Source: Macrostomum lignano | Taxonomy: Eukaryota | NCBI GenBank assembly: GCA_002269645.1 | Contig: NIVC01002631.1 | Coordinates: forward strand, 1 to 64,000 | Direction: 5' to 3' | DNA: 64,000 nt | In this document: positions 1 to 12,000 of the stretch, piece after piece | How positions within the stretch are numbered: the first letter of the stretch is position 1 | Layout of the letters: each line of letters starts with the position of its first letter | The notes under the pieces: model-generated | The model's input: only the letters and a program-made list of their open reading frames with translations | The model's database searches: none | What the model was told of the DNA's origin: nothing | Translations under genes and position numbers: made by a program

Positions 1-335
1 CTGAGTCCATTAGAGTCTCCCTGTGTCTCAGTCTGAGACTCCCTGAGTCCATTAGAATCTCACCGTGTCTCTCAGTCTGAGACTCCCTGAGTCCATTAGA
101 ATCTCACCGTGTCTCTCAGTCTGAGACTCCCTGAGTCCATTAGAATCTCACCGTGTCTCTCAGTCTGAGACTCCCTGAGTCCATTAGAATCTCACCGTGT
201 CTCTCAGTCTGAGACTCCTGAGTCCATTAGAATCTCACTGTGTCTCTCAGTCTGAGACTCCCTGAGTCCATTAGAATCTCACCGTGTCTCTCAGTCTGAG
301 ACTCCCTGAGTCCATTAGAATCTCAGTGTGTGCTT
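1..335. repeat. 44-bp minisatellite (CTGAGACTCCCTGAGTCCATTAGAATCTCACCGTGTCTCTCAGT), about 7 copies, in the intron before the URB1 last exon
   Basis: Unit recurs at 33, 77, 121, 165 and onward. Confidence 0.95.
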
Positions 336-408
336 CAGCCTGAGATCCTGAGTCCAATAGAATCGCACTGCTTATGCTCATAACCCGCACACTCACCGCC
401 GCTCCCAG

Positions 409-1391
409 GCGCATTCTGTACACGGCTCTGCACTTTCCGCTGGACCGGCCCTGGCTGAGCCACCGAAGCCGTTCGCCGAGCCATCCAAGCCGGGCCTGTA
501 CGACCCCTGCTGGCTGCTGCCTCTACTGTGCCGCCTGTTGCCATCGGGTCTTGAAGCCAGTGCGGCTGTGCGACACCACTGCCTGGCCCTGGCCATTGCG
601 GCTCTGTCAAGCCATTCAGAACGAGTCCGACTGCTAGCGCTAACCGTGCTGGCCAACCTGCACTCCGCCTGCTCCGGCCAACAAGCTCAACGATTCCCTG
701 AACGGGATCAGACTCGCTACCTGATTGACGTGGTCCGATACACTTTGACATCGGCCACCGACGCTTGCCTTACCTCATTGGTCTGTTCCTGGCCCGCTGC
801 GCGGAGACAATGCTCCGACCGCAGCAGAGGATGTACAGCCTGCTGTGGAAATTCCTCACCGCCCGCTCCTCGGTGCAGCTGAACGCCGCTCCGGAGCTGT
901 GGCGCTTCCTAATGTCCGATCACGTTGATCATCGGGTCGAGCGTCAGTGGCTGCTGAACCTGTTCGCTCAGGGCGTGCGCGACCTGGAAGACTACAGGCT
1001 GCTGGAGAGAAGCTTCGCTGTCAAAACACTGTTGGCTGTCTATCCGGCGTTGGATGGCACCGCCAAGTGTCTGACACTGCAGCTGCTGTGCCGACTGGCC
1101 AGCCTTCGACCTGCTGCTGTCAGTTTAGTGAACCGGCACCAGCTAACCGTCTGGCTGTCTTCTGTCGCCTGTGGCACTGCTGACTCGCGTCAGTTGGTCC
1201 TCTGCCGGCGATTGATCAATCTGCTGTGGAGTTGCTTGCTCGGCTCGCGGTCTGCGGACAGCCTGCCGGAGCATTTCGTCAGCCAGATGCGCTGTCTGGT
1301 GTCGCTGCCTGCCTTCAGCGACTGTTTGGAGTTGAAGACTGTGCGAGACCAGATTGGAGATTGGCCTGCTGTCTCTGCTGCTGATGCCTGA
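409..1391 (+). CDS. URB1: Terminal exon of nucleolar pre-ribosomal-associated protein 1 (URB1/Npa1 C-terminal region), with two apparent 1-nt frameshifts
   Basis: Acceptor ctcccAG at 407-408. Three successive frames give ILYTALHFPLDRPW / GLYDPCWLLPLL...LALAIAALSSHSERVRLLA...FPERDQ / RLPYLIGLFLA...PQQRMY..LWKFL...HRVERQWLL..FAQGVRD. These resemble the URB1 C-terminus as I recall it (HFP..R, LYDP.FLL, RLP, ER.W.L). Stop TGA at 1389-1391. Confidence 0.8.
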
Positions 1392-1624
1392 CCTTAGTTG
1401 AGGCATAGCATTTCGATTCCTAATGAAGCAAATATACAGCCAATGTGTTACTCACTTTGACTCTGTGGATAATTCAGTTTGAGATCAGGCTGGCTTTTTT
1501 TCTGGTTTTCTAGCCAAGGACTGAACATTCGCTTTAAAGGCAAACTAGAAGCCTCTTCATTAAGTTGGGCCAATGAGCGTCTCGCACTTGCGCATAGCTT
1601 TTCACGACCGACAAGTGTCCAGCG

Positions 1625-2069
1625 CATAGATCCTATATAGCTCGTACATTAGATAGGCCATTTAGTGGCACCCAGCCAAACCATTGAGTCTATGGGAAGC
1701 TTTCTAAGAAGTAGTGATTTCAGCTAGTTTTCAGTAGTTGGTGCGCATATTTGTCAGTAGCTGAAACGAGCATTAGATTGCCTTTTTATTTTGCTGTGTC
1801 AGCGTAAGACTTCTCTTTAAGACCGGGTACACAAACGGCAGAAACAACAAAGCAAGGGAAAGCAGCTAGCGTATACTCTGCTAAAAATTTTAGCTGCATC
1901 ATTTATTTGCGATTCAATATATTTCTTCGTCCATGTCCATAGACTACTGACGATTAGTTTTCAGCAGTGCAAGCGAACATTTTTTTCGTCCCCCGAGTCA
2001 ATTTTGGGTGTCATTTTCTATGCATTAGCTGAATGGAGAGTGGCCTATCTAGTCTATATAAGATCCATG
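1625..2069. mobile_element. MITE-like element with imperfect terminal inverted repeats
   Basis: CATAGATCCTATATAG...TAGATAGGCCA (1625-1660) is the reverse complement of TGGCCTATCTA.TCTATATAAGATCCATG (2041-2069). No ORF inside. Confidence 0.55.
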
Positions 2070-2257
2070 GTCCAACCCGAACTTCTTGCACGTGGTAACC
2101 ACCTTTTTCCAATATAAGATTCTCTACGACGCAATAGAAAGATTTGTCTATGACTATGGTTCCCGAAGGCCGAGGGCATAGTATATCATTATTCTTGTTT
2201 CGGACTAGCAGGCTAAATTAACAAAATGATTCTATTTACAACTTCTACATGTATTTA

Positions 2258-2917
2258 CTATTGTACCCGTCTGTCTATGGTTTTCGGCAGTAAGCCTTTC
2301 GACAATAATTCAATTGTTTGCCGGCTGTTTTCGATTGTTGCCGGAAAATTACGAATGAATTTGGCTATAAAAATCGAGAATCGAAGCATGACAACGACGT
2401 GGAGACAAGAACTCCGTTGCAATGCTTGAATGATTCTTCGGTAATGATGTTCACCTGGCAATTGACGGACGGGGATTCCACGTGCCGTTGAATGGCCGCA
2501 CGAAAACAGATGAGAGACTTTGGCGCGTAGCGTGTTCCACCCTGTTTTCGAAGAGACGAAGAGAAAAGCCAGTACACGCTCAAACTTCTGGCAGAGCCCC
2601 TTCTCATTCAGAAACTGGCGGAACCTTGCCACGTGAAGTTTTCGTTGAGTCTCTGTCGATTTCGGTACAGATTCATTCTCAATTCCGGTCCAGCATTTGC
2701 AGGTCTTCGCTAGTCAGCTCAGGCAGCACTTCGGTACTGGACGAAGCATCCAAATAGTTAATCTCCAGAACAAAGCGATTGCTCGACTCTCGGCTGACAA
2801 AAGCCAACTCGTCCGTGGAGAGTCCACATATTTCTCCACCAGGATTATTTTTGTCGCGAATCATAGCTCCTTTTTCTATTGGTATTTCGAATGAAAGCTT
2901 AAAATCCACCAGAGAAT
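2258..2917 (-). mobile_element. Degenerate Crypton-type (tyrosine-recombinase transposon, KCTD1/ZMYM/QRICH1-related) ORF remnant
   Basis: Frameshifted minus-strand peptides LPELTSEDLQML / ENESVPKSTETQRKLHVARFRQFLNEKG / SLRKQGGTRYAPKSLICFRAAIQRHVESPSVNCQVNIITEESFKHCNGVL. They match the RK.DG..Y...SL...RAAIQRH...NI....F...N.VL signature. Confidence 0.65.
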
Positions 2918-2919
2918 TA

Positions 2920-3553
2920 CACTCAGCAACATTGAAAAGTTTCCACCCTAGCGCGCGAAGGGTCAACATTTTGGTGGGTGGAGATATTCATGGTTTGAGC
3001 CATAGACAAATATATAATCCGGATTCGAACGAAGCAAAGGAACAACAAAGAAACAAAGCATGGGTGACAACTTGCTCAGAACAGGGTCAGTAACGCGTAC
3101 AGCAGCCACGTGCGTGCAGCAGAGCGCTCACTCTCCGGGGCATCCCCAGAACCAGGCATCGCAGAAAGTCTTGCCGTAGTTGTTGCCATGCAGTAGACAG
3201 TGATTCGTGCAGTTGGGCAACGTTTTGCGGCGGATTGTCGCGCCGAATCGAGCGCTTCAGGTAACCCCAAACGTGCTGTATGGGATTAATGTCCGGTGAT
3301 CGGACGGCCAGCGCAAGGTTCGCAGGTGCAGCAGCTCCTTCAGATGCGCCACAGTGGCTGCGCGATGCGGTGGGGCGTTGTCGTCTCGGAAGACGCTGTT
3401 CCCCACGCCACCACATGAAGCATCAATGACACAAGTGCGTGTTGACGAAATCATCAATCGTATATGGCACAAGCCTGGCAACAAAAACCAGTTTTGAAAC
3501 TCTAAATATACACGGCTGGCGCGAGGGTGGAAACTCTTCAATGTTGCTGAGTG
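2920..3553 (-). mobile_element. Tc1-family internal deletion derivative (634 bp) with TIRs and TA target duplication
   Basis: TA|CACTCAGCAACATTGAAAAGTTTCCACCC ... GGGTGGAAACTCTTCAATGTTGCTGAGTG|TA. Internal transposase C-terminus FRDDNAPPHRA...WP / SPDINPIQHVWGYLKR...GMPRRVSALLHARG..TRY. Confidence 0.9.
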
Positions 3554-4194
3554 TAATTTATGACAGTATAAGCTAGTCGCCTTTACGAGCGTACTGTTCT
3601 TTCCAATTACCATAGACGATTGGTTATTTTTACTGCCCTTTCAAAGTGAAAGTGCCATAGACAAAAAATTAATAGAAATCCGACAACAATCATATTTCAT
3701 ACAAAAGGTATAATAACCACATAGACAGATTCGCGCTACTACAAAGCTACATGTACGCGGCTTCAGCTTTACACAATTGCAGCAAAAAATCTGTATATAT
3801 GGCTACATTATTCTTATACTGTATTTCGAAAGACTAACAGGCTAAATTAACGAAGTGATTCTATTTACGACTTCTATTTTTAACACTGCTATGGTTCGAC
3901 CTTCAAGGCAGTTTTGCTAACTATCGCTTTGAATTGCGATGCGAATGCAAAGTTTTATTCTAGTTGGATAGGCAGACTGAAATCCAATTAATTGCTAATT
4001 AGTTGGGCATTACTTTTTAATATAATATAGCTGCTCAGACAAGATCTCTTGTACTCTCGTCACCCTTGCGCCTCGCAATTAATAGTGGGACACCGGCCCT
4101 GCATAACTTAACTATTGCCAAATTAACTGAATGAGAGAAGTGTTTTTGCGGAAGGGTCGTTTTACACTATCTAATTGCACTCGGATTTCATAAC

Positions 4195-4580
4195 TCTTAA
4201 TCTTCATATTTCCTGATCCTCATATCCCTAATCTTTATGTCCTCAATCTTCTTATCCCCAATCTTCATATCCTAATCTTCATATCCCAATATTCATACAT
4301 GTATATCCCCAATCTTCATGTATCCCCAATCTTCATACATCCCCAATCTTCATATCCCCAATCTTCATATCCCAATCTTCATATCCCCAATCTTCATACA
4401 TCCCCAATCTTCATATCCCCAATCTTCATATCCCAATCTTCATTTCATACATGTATATCCCCAATCTTCATATCCCAATCTTCATTCATATATATATATA
4501 TATCCCCAATCTTCATGTATCCCCAATCTTCATATGTCCCCATCTTCATATCCTCCAATCTTCATATCCTCCAATCTTCG
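4195..4580. repeat. About 15-bp minisatellite ATCCCCAATCTTCAT
   Basis: Direct inspection. It explains ORFs 4299..4604 and 4318..4641. Confidence 0.9.
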
Positions 4581-7219
4581 TTGCCCCCTATCTTTATATC
4601 TTAATGAAAATTTGAGATTTGGGAGACATGAAGATTATTGATTATGAAGTCAAGCGACTTAAGAAATGGGACTTGTTGCGGTTTGCCGTCCAGGGGCCAT
4701 GAATTTTGATTGCAGTTATGACAGGTATAACAAGACTGTTATACGGACAGCCGTGGCAGTTACCTATTGTGCTCATTGCTCCCACAGTGCTCTGCGCAAC
4801 GCATTGGATAAATAGCAATGCCGCTCCGCTTTATGAGGAGGGAATGATGAGGGAGCAGCTGTATGGCTTTGAGCCTTTTTTGCAGTCTTTATGGCGCGAT
4901 AATGATGCTGCTGATGATGATGATGAAGTTTTTCATGGGATGATGCTGGGCGCTAGGGGACTCCCCGCTGAGCTGAGCGCTTGGCTACTTTTCAGCACAG
5001 TGGCTCACAATGGACTGCTTTAAAGAGAGAGAGAGAGAAGTCTCTGTCCAACCTTTAGCTCCATCTGGTCTACAAAAAGAGCTCTGCATTGCTCACACAC
5101 AATTGCTTTCTGAGGCGCTTCAGGAAAATCTGCCTGACGACTGGAGGGTTAATTCAATCTAATCTTCCTTAATCCTCTGTTAATAACTAGAGCTCAGAAA
5201 AACCAGCTCTCATGGCCTCGTCTGAGCTGCTCGAATGCAGCAGTGCCAGTCAGCTGTGCGCATGCAAAAGTGAGTCTGCGTGCTCAATATTGTTTAAATT
5301 AAGCAGTTACGTGAATTCGATATTTAGTCATTTAATTTGCCACCCGCTGCTGGACAGGCAAGCCTTACTTTTCACAGGCACTTAACACAGCTTTAGTTAT
5401 AAAATTACTAATAATTAATTAATTAGCTAGCTAGCAAACTTGGATGGTAATTTTCAATCATCTCTCCAGCACTTCTAAGAATCTGTCTGCAGTCGGCTTG
5501 AAATCAAATATTTGAGCAAGCCACGGGCTACGCAAGATAAGCCGTGTGTGCTCAGAGCTGATACAGTTTAAACGGGTCTGATTGTTTTCCAACACAGTTT
5601 TAAGGTGTACAGCTAAAGCAGAGAACTATTGAGAAAATCTCGCTGGTGGTAATAATACTTTTCAAAAGCCTTTTTCTCGATAAATATTGTCGGGAAATAT
5701 GATGCATGGAATTATCTGTACATAAAATACACCACAAGTTTCTGAGTCTATACCTAGGCTCAAAAGTACGCGTTGGCAAATCTATAACCCCCCCCCCCAC
5801 GGGCGTACTGATCCCCTTCAGCTCTCCGTTTCATTCCCTATGCTTTTCTCTCCCGTCTTTCTACCTCGTCTCCCCGCCTATAACCTGAGTCTCTTGTCTC
5901 GACCTACCAAACAACAGCCCCTCTGGCCTGCAGTCACCTTTCTCCTCTGACTATGCAGTATACACGGTTGTGTTGCTGTCAGCCAGACTTGATGTGTTCC
6001 TTATTACCCGACTTTCGATAATCAAGGAACAATCACTTCTAGCTCAACAGCTAGGCAACCCAGTAAGTCAAACGAAGGTATTCAATTACCTTTAATCCGG
6101 ATTTGAATTTCTTGAGTAGTTCTCGCTAGGAACTTGTCAGTAGATCTCGTAGATCAGGCGCCTTGATTCTTCAGTTGCTCTGGTCCTGGTTCCTCTTGTA
6201 CTTCCGATAAGTTCTTCCGGCCGGTATCTTCCGTCAGGACCAATCAGAGGCCTCGTAGCAACAATGGGTACCCTGCGCCAAACTGCGGTCTAAATTAAGC
6301 CTCCTTCTTCTAGCAGTGCCTCTATGCACTCTAGGTATAGCTCCGGAAACCACTGATAGTCCTCTAAGATCTATCAGGGGCAGTCCTTCTGGAGACTGCA
6401 ACCAATGGAGTCTAAACAGACTCAAGAGTCTCAACAGACTCAATTAGACTCAAGTCTCAATAGACTTGAGCGAGACGTCTCTAACACAACGGGCGCAAAT
6501 AAGGAAGGCTTACCGCAACAACTCGACCGAGTCTCGATTGACTTGGTAGATCAGGAAGTCCTCCTAAGGCTTCCTCTTCGGAGCGCTCCTCTTCCGTGGG
6601 GAGAATGGCTCCGGTACCGCTTCAGATCGCTTGTATTTATAGACAAGTTTTTGATCCAAAATAGTATCATGACAATTCACGTGTTGCGCTAAAAGGGGAA
6701 AATGGCTCATGGCGTATTATTCTGGTAACATCTTTTTCTGGTAGCGTGATTTATTCAAAGCTTAGGCGCACATGCGTGTACTTACTTACTTATAGTAGTA
6801 TTATACGATTATCTTCTTTTTTCCTTTTTTAACGGGAGGTAGAACACTCTACAGACTCTCTTCCCCATCTACCCACCTCCCATTCCCTTTCCGCACCGAT
6901 GAGGTGTTGGGCGCGCAAGTCAATTGTTAACAGACCACGGCTAGGAAGGGCAGGCGTGAGGATCTAAAGGATTTTAATCAGCTCGTAACCGCAAACTCAA
7001 ATATAGAAACTTCCAAATTCCTTCATGCATGCTAGCAGACTTTTCGGCAGAGGTAAGTACATCGAGTGAGTGCCCCAGTCTAGCCCAGACAGACAGTGCC
7101 AAGTCCGCAAAAGGTGTGCAAACTTCTCTCTCTCACACACACACGCTGCCCCCGTGTCGAGTCTAAGTCAACAAAGCTTCATGGTTCTCGTAAAGCTTAG
7201 AGCCTTATCGTGACAGCTC

Positions 7220-7266
7220 ATTGGCTTATCTGCTCAAAAGCCGCTCTTCCTGCACACTTTTATTGG
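7220..7266 (+). promoter_or_regulatory. Two inverted CCAAT boxes (ATTGG) 100-140 bp upstream of the kinase ATG
   Basis: ATTGG at 7220-7224 and 7262-7266. Motif match only. Confidence 0.25.
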
Positions 7267-7361
7267 CTGTAGCAAATCTTCTTTAACTATACAAGAATGC
7301 GGCAGATTAATTATCCAGTTAATGCATTTTTAAATGCGTTGAGCCCTGACTCCGCGCTGAC

Positions 7362-8892
7362 ATGATGCCCTCAGCTGGTGCACCACACGGCAGATCGTTG
7401 TCCAGCTCCTCTGCGACCTCCTCAGCCTCCGATGAAGTTCCTCAGCAGAGACCGGCTAGCGTTCACTACGTCAAGATTGACAGCTCGAGGCAGCTCGAGT
7501 CCGATTTTGAGTTCGGCGAAACTCTTGGAGAAGGCGCCTTCGGCCAAGTGCTGCTGGCCGTCAGAAAGCGGGACGGCGAGCAGTTTGCGGTGAAAAAGGT
7601 TTGGGAGCCACATCTGAGCTGCATCTAGTCACTCTCTGACTGCTCTAGTCACTCTCTCACTGCTCTAGTCACTCTCTCACTGCTCTAGTCACTCTCTGAC
7701 TGCTCTAGTCACTCTCTGACTGCTCTAGTCACTCTCTGACTGCTCTAGTCACTCTCTGACTGCTCTAGTCACTCTCTCACTGCTCTAGTCACTCTCTCAC
7801 TGCTCTAGTCACTCTCTAACTGCTCTAGTCACTCTCTGACTGCTCTAGTCACTCTCTGACTGCTCTAGTCACTCTCTCACTGCTCTAGTCACTCTCTGAC
7901 TGCTCTAGTCACTCTCTGACTGCTCTAGTCACTCTCTGACTGCTCTAGTCACTCTCTAACTGCTCTAGTCACTCTCTAACTGCTCTAGTAACCTCTGACT
8001 GCTCTAGTCACTCTCTGACTGCTCTAGTCACTCTGACTGCTCTAGTCACTCTCTCACTGCTCTAGTCACTCTCTGACTGCTCTAGTCACTCTCTGACTGC
8101 TCTAGTCACTCTCTAACTGCTCTAGTCACTCTTTGACTGCTCTAGTCACTCTCTCACTGCTCTAGTCACTCTCTGACTGCTCTAGTCACTCTGACTGCTC
8201 TAGTCACTCTCTGACTGCTCTAGTCACTCTCTGACTGCTCTAGTCACTCTCTGACTGCTCTAGTCACTCTCTGACTGCTCTAGTCACTCTCTCACTGCTC
8301 TAGTCACTCATTGATCTACTCACCCTTTGACTGATCCACTCACATTTTTGTAATCTACTCAAATTCTTTTAAATCTACAGAATGAAATCATTTTAATCCG
8401 CTCTACAGCGTAAAGTTAATAGAAATGGAGCTTGAAACTTGAAATTACAAACAGAAATCTAAAAAGTGCGCATGGCTGACCCTAACTGAGCAGAGCACAG
8501 CACCCCCAGCCCCATCTGTCAATCAACTGTTTTCGTGTATTTATTCGACATAGAGAATAGCTAACATAGCTCAGCTCAAGATGAGGGGGCAGCTGGAAAA
8601 AATGGACTACTCTAATACAGACTGCGAGTGCATCACTTCAGCGCTGTTGAAGTGCTCAGCTGAATCGTTTTCCAGCCTATAGAGTGGGTGGGTAGCCTTC
8701 AGACGCCTTGCCTGACTGCTCATCTGCAGGTGCCAGTCACCTATGAGTTGGCCCTGCCCTGCTCAAGTGAGAGAGCGCTTGAATAATGGGAAAGTGGAGC
8801 TGATCATAAAATTTTGACTTCTTTATCTTGAATCAAAAACTATATTGAGATGACAGACAGACAGATACATGTAAACAGAGACAGACAGACAC

Positions 8893-8935
<43 letters not shown>

Positions 8936-8968
8936 CACAGACAGACAGACACACAGACAGACAGACAC

Positions 8969-9001
<33 letters not shown>

Positions 9002-12000
9002 TAGACAGACAGACAGACAGAGACAGACAGACACAGACAGACAGCTCACTGCCCCTGTCCCGCAGCTCGCCAAGAACAAGGACACAAAGTCGACCTACGG
9101 AAAATCCTGGGAGAATGAGATTCGGGTGCTCAGACGCTTCCAGCACGCCAACATCGTGCAGCTGGAGATCATCTTTGAGTCCGAGAGCAACTGCTACCTG
9201 TTCATGGAGCTCTGCGACGCCGGCACCCTGGCGGATGAGCTGAACAGAAAACGGCAGTTTCAGGAGGCCGATGCCAGGTGCCTGCTTAGACAGGTGCGAA
9301 TGCTGTAATCCCTTCCTGTACTCTGATCCTGTACTCTGATCCTGTACTCTGATCCTGTACTCTGATCCTGTACTCTGATCCTGTACTCTGATCCCATCAT
9401 GTACTCTGATCCCATCCTGTACTCTGATCCCATCATGTACTCTGATCCCATTCCAACCCCATCAGGTGGGCAGTGCGCTCAGCTTCCTACACAAGAGTCG
9501 CATCGTTCACAGAGATCTGAAGCTGCAAAACTGCCTACTAAAAGCCCGCTGCTCCCAGAAGCAGCAGCCGCAGCAGGCCAGACGAGTTCGCAGCCATCAC
9601 AGCCTCGCAGAAGACGACATTTCAGCCTCCTGCCCGTTCGACGTCAAGCTGACAGACTTTGGCTTGTCCATCGAACTGCGCTGCCTCGAGCACTCCCTGG
9701 TGGACAATGTCGGCACCCCAGTCTACCAGGCACCCGAGATTGTCAGCGGCAGCAGTTACAACTACAAGTGCGATGTGTGGGCACTGGGCATCATAGCCTA
9801 CTGCATGCTCCACGGCCGCTGCCCCTACGATGAGGCGGATGACCTGACTGAGGCCATTCGATGCTTCAATTATGCAGAGGCCTGCGCCGACTGCGGAGTC
9901 TGCGGACAGCTTAGCAGGGAGTGCCGCGACTGTCTGGATCGCCTGCTGAGGCCCTGCCAGGTGGGCTGGGATCTGAGATGGAGCTGAGTCTGGGATCTGA
10001 GATGGAGCTGAGTCTGGGATCTGAGATGGAGCTGAGTCTGGGATCTGAGATGGAGCTGAGTCTGGGATTTGAGAAGGAGATGAGTCTGGGATCTAGGTGG
10101 GGGGATCTAAGGGACAGAGATCTAAGGTCAGAAATCTAAGGGACAAAGATCTAAGGGGAGAAATCTAAGGGACAGAGATCTAAAGGCAGAAATCTAAGGG
10201 ACAGAGATCTAAAGGCAGAAATCTAAGGGACAGAGATCTAAAGGCAGAAATCTAAGGGACAGAGATCTAAGGGCAGAAATCTAAGCGCAAAGATCTAAGG
10301 GCAGAAATCTAAGGGGCGGAGACCTAAGGGGCGGAGATCTAAGGGGCGGAGACCTAACGGGCGGAGATCTAAGGGGCGGAGACCTAACGGGCGGAGATCT
10401 AAGGGGCGGAGATCTAAGGGACGGAGATCTAAGGGGCGGAGATCTAAGGGGCGGAGATCTAAGAAGCGGAGATCTAAGGGCAGAAATCTAAGCGCAAAGA
10501 TCTAAGGGCAGAAATCTAAGGGGCGGAGACCTAAGGGGCGGAGATCTAAGGGGCGGAGATCTAAGAAGCGGAGATCTAAGGGGCGGAGACCTAAGGGGCG
10601 GAGATCTAAGGGGCGGAGATCTAAGAAGCGGAGATCTAAGGGGCGGAGACCTAAGGGGCGGAGATCTAAGGGGCGGAGATCTAAGGGGCGGAGATCTAAG
10701 GGCGGAGATCTAAGGGGCGGAGATCTAAGGGGCGGAGATCTAAGGGGCGGAGATCTAAGGGGCGGAGATCTAAGGGGTGGAGATCTAAGGGGCGGAGATC
10801 TAAGGGGCGGAGATCTAAGGGACGGAGATCTAAGGGGCGGAGATCTAAGGGGCGGAGATCTAAGGGGCGGAGATCTAAGGGGCGGAGATCTAAGGGCAGA
10901 AATCTAAGCGCAAAGATCTAAGGGCAGAAATCTAAGGGGCGGAGACCTAAGGGGCGGAGATCTAAGGGGCGGAGATCTAAGAAGCGGAGATCTAAGGGGC
11001 GGAGACCTAAGGGGCGGAGATCTAAGGGGCGGAGATCTAAGAAGCGGAGATCTAAGGGGCGGAGACCTAAGGGGCGGAGATCTAAGGGGCGGAGATCTAA
11101 GGGGCGGAGATCTAAGGGGCGGAGATCTAAGGGGCGGAGATCTAAGGGGCGGAGATCTAAGGGGCGGAGATCTAAGGGGCGGAGATCTAAGGGGCGGAGA
11201 TCTAAGGGGCGGAGATCTAAGGGGCGGAGATCTAAGGGACGGAGATCTAAGGGGCGGAGATCTAAGGGGCGGAGATCTAAGGGGCGGAGATCTAAGAAGC
11301 GGAGATCTAAGGGCAGAAATCTAAGCGCAAAGATCTAAGGGCAGAAATCTAAGGGGCGGAGACCTAAGGGGCGGAGATCTAAGGGGCGGAGATCTAAGAA
11401 GCGGAGATCTAAGGGGCGGAGACCTAAGGGGCGGAGATCTAAGGGGCGGAGATCTAAGAAGCGGAGATCTAAGGGGCGGAGACCTAAGGGGCGGAGATCT
11501 AAGGGGCGGAGATCTAAGGGGCGGAGATCTAAGGGGCGGAGATCTAAGGGGCGGAGATCTAAGGGGCGGAGATCTAAGGGGCGGAGATCTAAGGGGCGGA
11601 GATCTAAGGGGCGGAGATCTAAGGGGCGGAGATCTAAGGGGCGGAGATCTAAGGGACGGAGATCTAAGGGGCGGAGATCTAAGGGGCGGAGATCTAAGGG
11701 GCGGAGATCTAAGGGGCGGAGATCTAAGGGCAGAAATCTAAGCGCAAAGATCTAAGGGCAGAAATCTAAGGGGCGGAGACCTAAGGGGCGGAGATCTAAG
11801 GGGCGGAGATCTAAGAAGCGGAGATCTAAGGGGCGGAGACCTAAGGGGCGGAGATCTAAGGGGCGGAGATCTAAGAAGCGGAGATCTAAGGGGCGGAGAC
11901 CTAAGGGGCGGAGATCTAAGGGGCGGAGATCTAAGGGGCGGAGATCTAAGGGGCGGAGATCTAAGGGGCGGAGATCTAAGGGGCGGAGATCTAAGGGGCG

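Noticed and set aside
4706-6692. ORFs 4706..5023, 6234..6443 and 6405..6692
   Set aside because: No recognisable motif or consistent splice structure. They may be decayed elements but cannot be supported.
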